Of a DNA stretch of 64,000 nucleotides, positions 62,721-64,000 are shown one piece after another. The stretch's first letter is position 1; every line of letters starts with the position of its first letter. Below the pieces are notes generated by a model, which was not told the origin of the DNA, did not search any database, and saw only the letters and a program-made list of their open reading frames with translations. Origin of the DNA: Thermoplasmata archaeon (GTDB lineage Archaea; Thermoplasmatota; Thermoplasmata; Thermoplasmatales; GCA-001856825); the NCBI GenBank assembly GCA_021797915.1, contig JAJZYT010000002.1:65040-129039 (forward strand), written 5' to 3'. The position numbers and the translations under genes were made by a program.

Positions 62721-64000
62721 ATGAGAAGGTCCGTGGGCAGAAAGAGGAGTGCATTATTCAAGCTGTTTGCCCTTGTCGTGGTTTTTATCTTGCTCGGTGA
62801 AGTTAGTCTCTCAGCCAGCGGAACCTCTGTCTCTACGAATACGCCAATAAAACACATAATAATTCTAATTATGGAAAATCACAGTTTCGACAATTTTTTT
62901 GGACAGTATGGTAGGACTTCTTCTGGAGAAATTGCTGGTGGTATTACGGTCCCATACAACCTTATCACGCACCCGGTATCACAGAATCTGACGGCTGTTT
63001 CCCCAGACAACTTCTCAACAACAGACCCCTACGAGGGTTATAGCAATTATCATCAGGACTGGAACAATGGCCAGATGAACGGGTTCCTGAACGGTTCCGG
63101 TCCAAGTTCGCTCTACTATTTTACTGCTGATCAGATGGGGCTACAGTGGGCCTTAGCCCAGAATTATGCAATCGGTGACATGTACTTCAGCTCGACACTG
63201 AGCGAGACACTTCCCAACCGCTTGATCAGTCTTGCCGGATATTCTCCTGTGAAACAGGATCAATTTTCTCCGCCGCCAAGTATCCCTTATGACAAAACGA
63301 TATTCTCAGAGCTCAACACATATGGTGTGAGCTGGGGTTACTACTTCAAGAATCCCTCGAATGGTATCTATCCCCTTGATTTCATATCGGGGATGAATAG
63401 CAGGACTTCTAACATTGGTACGTGGACTGACCTTGAAAATGAAATCAGAAATGGCACCCTTCCTGACGTGACCTGGGTATCTCCAATTTCTGGTGGAGAA
63501 TCAGGTTATAGTCAACATCCACCCGACAACGTCTTGGTAGGAGAAATTTGGATGTTCACAATAATTGAGATGCTTATGGAGAGCAGTCTCTGGAAAAGCA
63601 GCGCAATCTTTGTGACTTATGATGAGGGAGGCGGGTACTACGATCAAGTATCTCCGCCATCCGTAGGTGGATCTCAGCTGGGTTTCAGGGTTCCATTCAT
63701 GGTAATATCTCCGTATGCGAAAGAAGACTACGTCTCTCACACAATCATGTCCCACACATCCATATTGGGCTTCATCGACTACAACTGGAAAATGTTGCCC
63801 TTGGATCGTTTGGTGTCTTTCTCGAACTTACCTTTGGATATGTTCAACTTCAACTCGACCAACCTGGATGGAAGCAAGATACGCGGCCCCCTCGTGTTTA
63901 ACGCATCGTTTCAGAGGTTTGTGATGCAGAACATCGATTTCAATCAATCATTTGTGAAACAGTTTCATGACATCGGGAATCTCTTCCCGATGAATTTTCA
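62721..64000 (+). CDS. Secreted phosphoesterase (phospholipase C/acid phosphatase AcpA family), partial at window end; absent from the ORF track
   Basis: Manual translation MRRSVGRKRSALFKLFALVVVFILLG...TPIKHIIILIMENHSFDNFFG...SETLPNR...SQHPP...TYDEGGGYYDQV...GFRVP..VISPYAK. Confidence 0.9.
   Translation, partial: MRRSVGRKRSALFKLFALVVVFILLGEVSLSASGTSVSTNTPIKHIIILIMENHSFDNFFGQYGRTSSGEIAGGITVPYNLITHPVSQNLTAVSPDNFSTTDPYEGYSNYHQDWNNGQMNGFLNGSGPSSLYYFTADQMGLQWALAQNYAIGDMYFSSTLSETLPNRLISLAGYSPVKQDQFSPPPSIPYDKTIFSELNTYGVSWGYYFKNPSNGIYPLDFISGMNSRTSNIGTWTDLENEIRNGTLPDVTWVSPISGGESGYSQHPPDNVLVGEIWMFTIIEMLMESSLWKSSAIFVTYDEGGGYYDQVSPPSVGGSQLGFRVPFMVISPYAKEDYVSHTIMSHTSILGFIDYNWKMLPLDRLVSFSNLPLDMFNFNSTNLDGSKIRGPLVFNASFQRFVMQNIDFNQSFVKQFHDIGNLFPMNF

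Noticed and set aside
62721..62750. Tat signal on the phosphoesterase (MRRSVGRKR)
   Set aside because: Does not match the S/T-R-R-x-F-L consensus; Sec export or a membrane anchor is equally plausible

Overview
Core-chromosome segment of an archaeon, most plausibly of class Thermoplasmata. Supporting signs are a stand-alone 23S rRNA gene with its own promoter and no adjacent 16S or 5S, a Trm56-HD fusion and a PPAT-NTPase fusion. It encodes topoisomerase VI, which the classical Thermoplasmatales genera are generally reported to lack, so a sister lineage is likely. Most of the window is housekeeping: carAB, gcvT, pdxT, aspS, prenyl synthase, prs, top6AB, GINS, RaSEA, Taw2-like, tRNA-Phe(GAA) and tRNA-Leu(CAG). 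There is also a dsrE-tusA-SQR sulfur relay operon and two pseudogenes. Two loci stand out. (1) At 41.2-46.8 kb is a compact five-gene operon (VirB2/TrbC-type pilin, VirB6/CedA-like membrane protein, PrgI/VirB3-like protein, VirB4-like ATPase, VirD4/HerA-like ATPase). It has no relaxase, integrase or replicon and sits among core genes, so it is a candidate domesticated, Ced/Ted-analogous DNA-exchange system. (2) At 55.3-62.0 kb is a cluster coupling GT2/GT-C glycosyltransferases with an uncharacterised Pol-beta-type nucleotidyltransferase and two domain-fused SAM methyltransferases. No CRISPR array or IS element was seen. All product calls come from motif recognition by eye; no database search was run.
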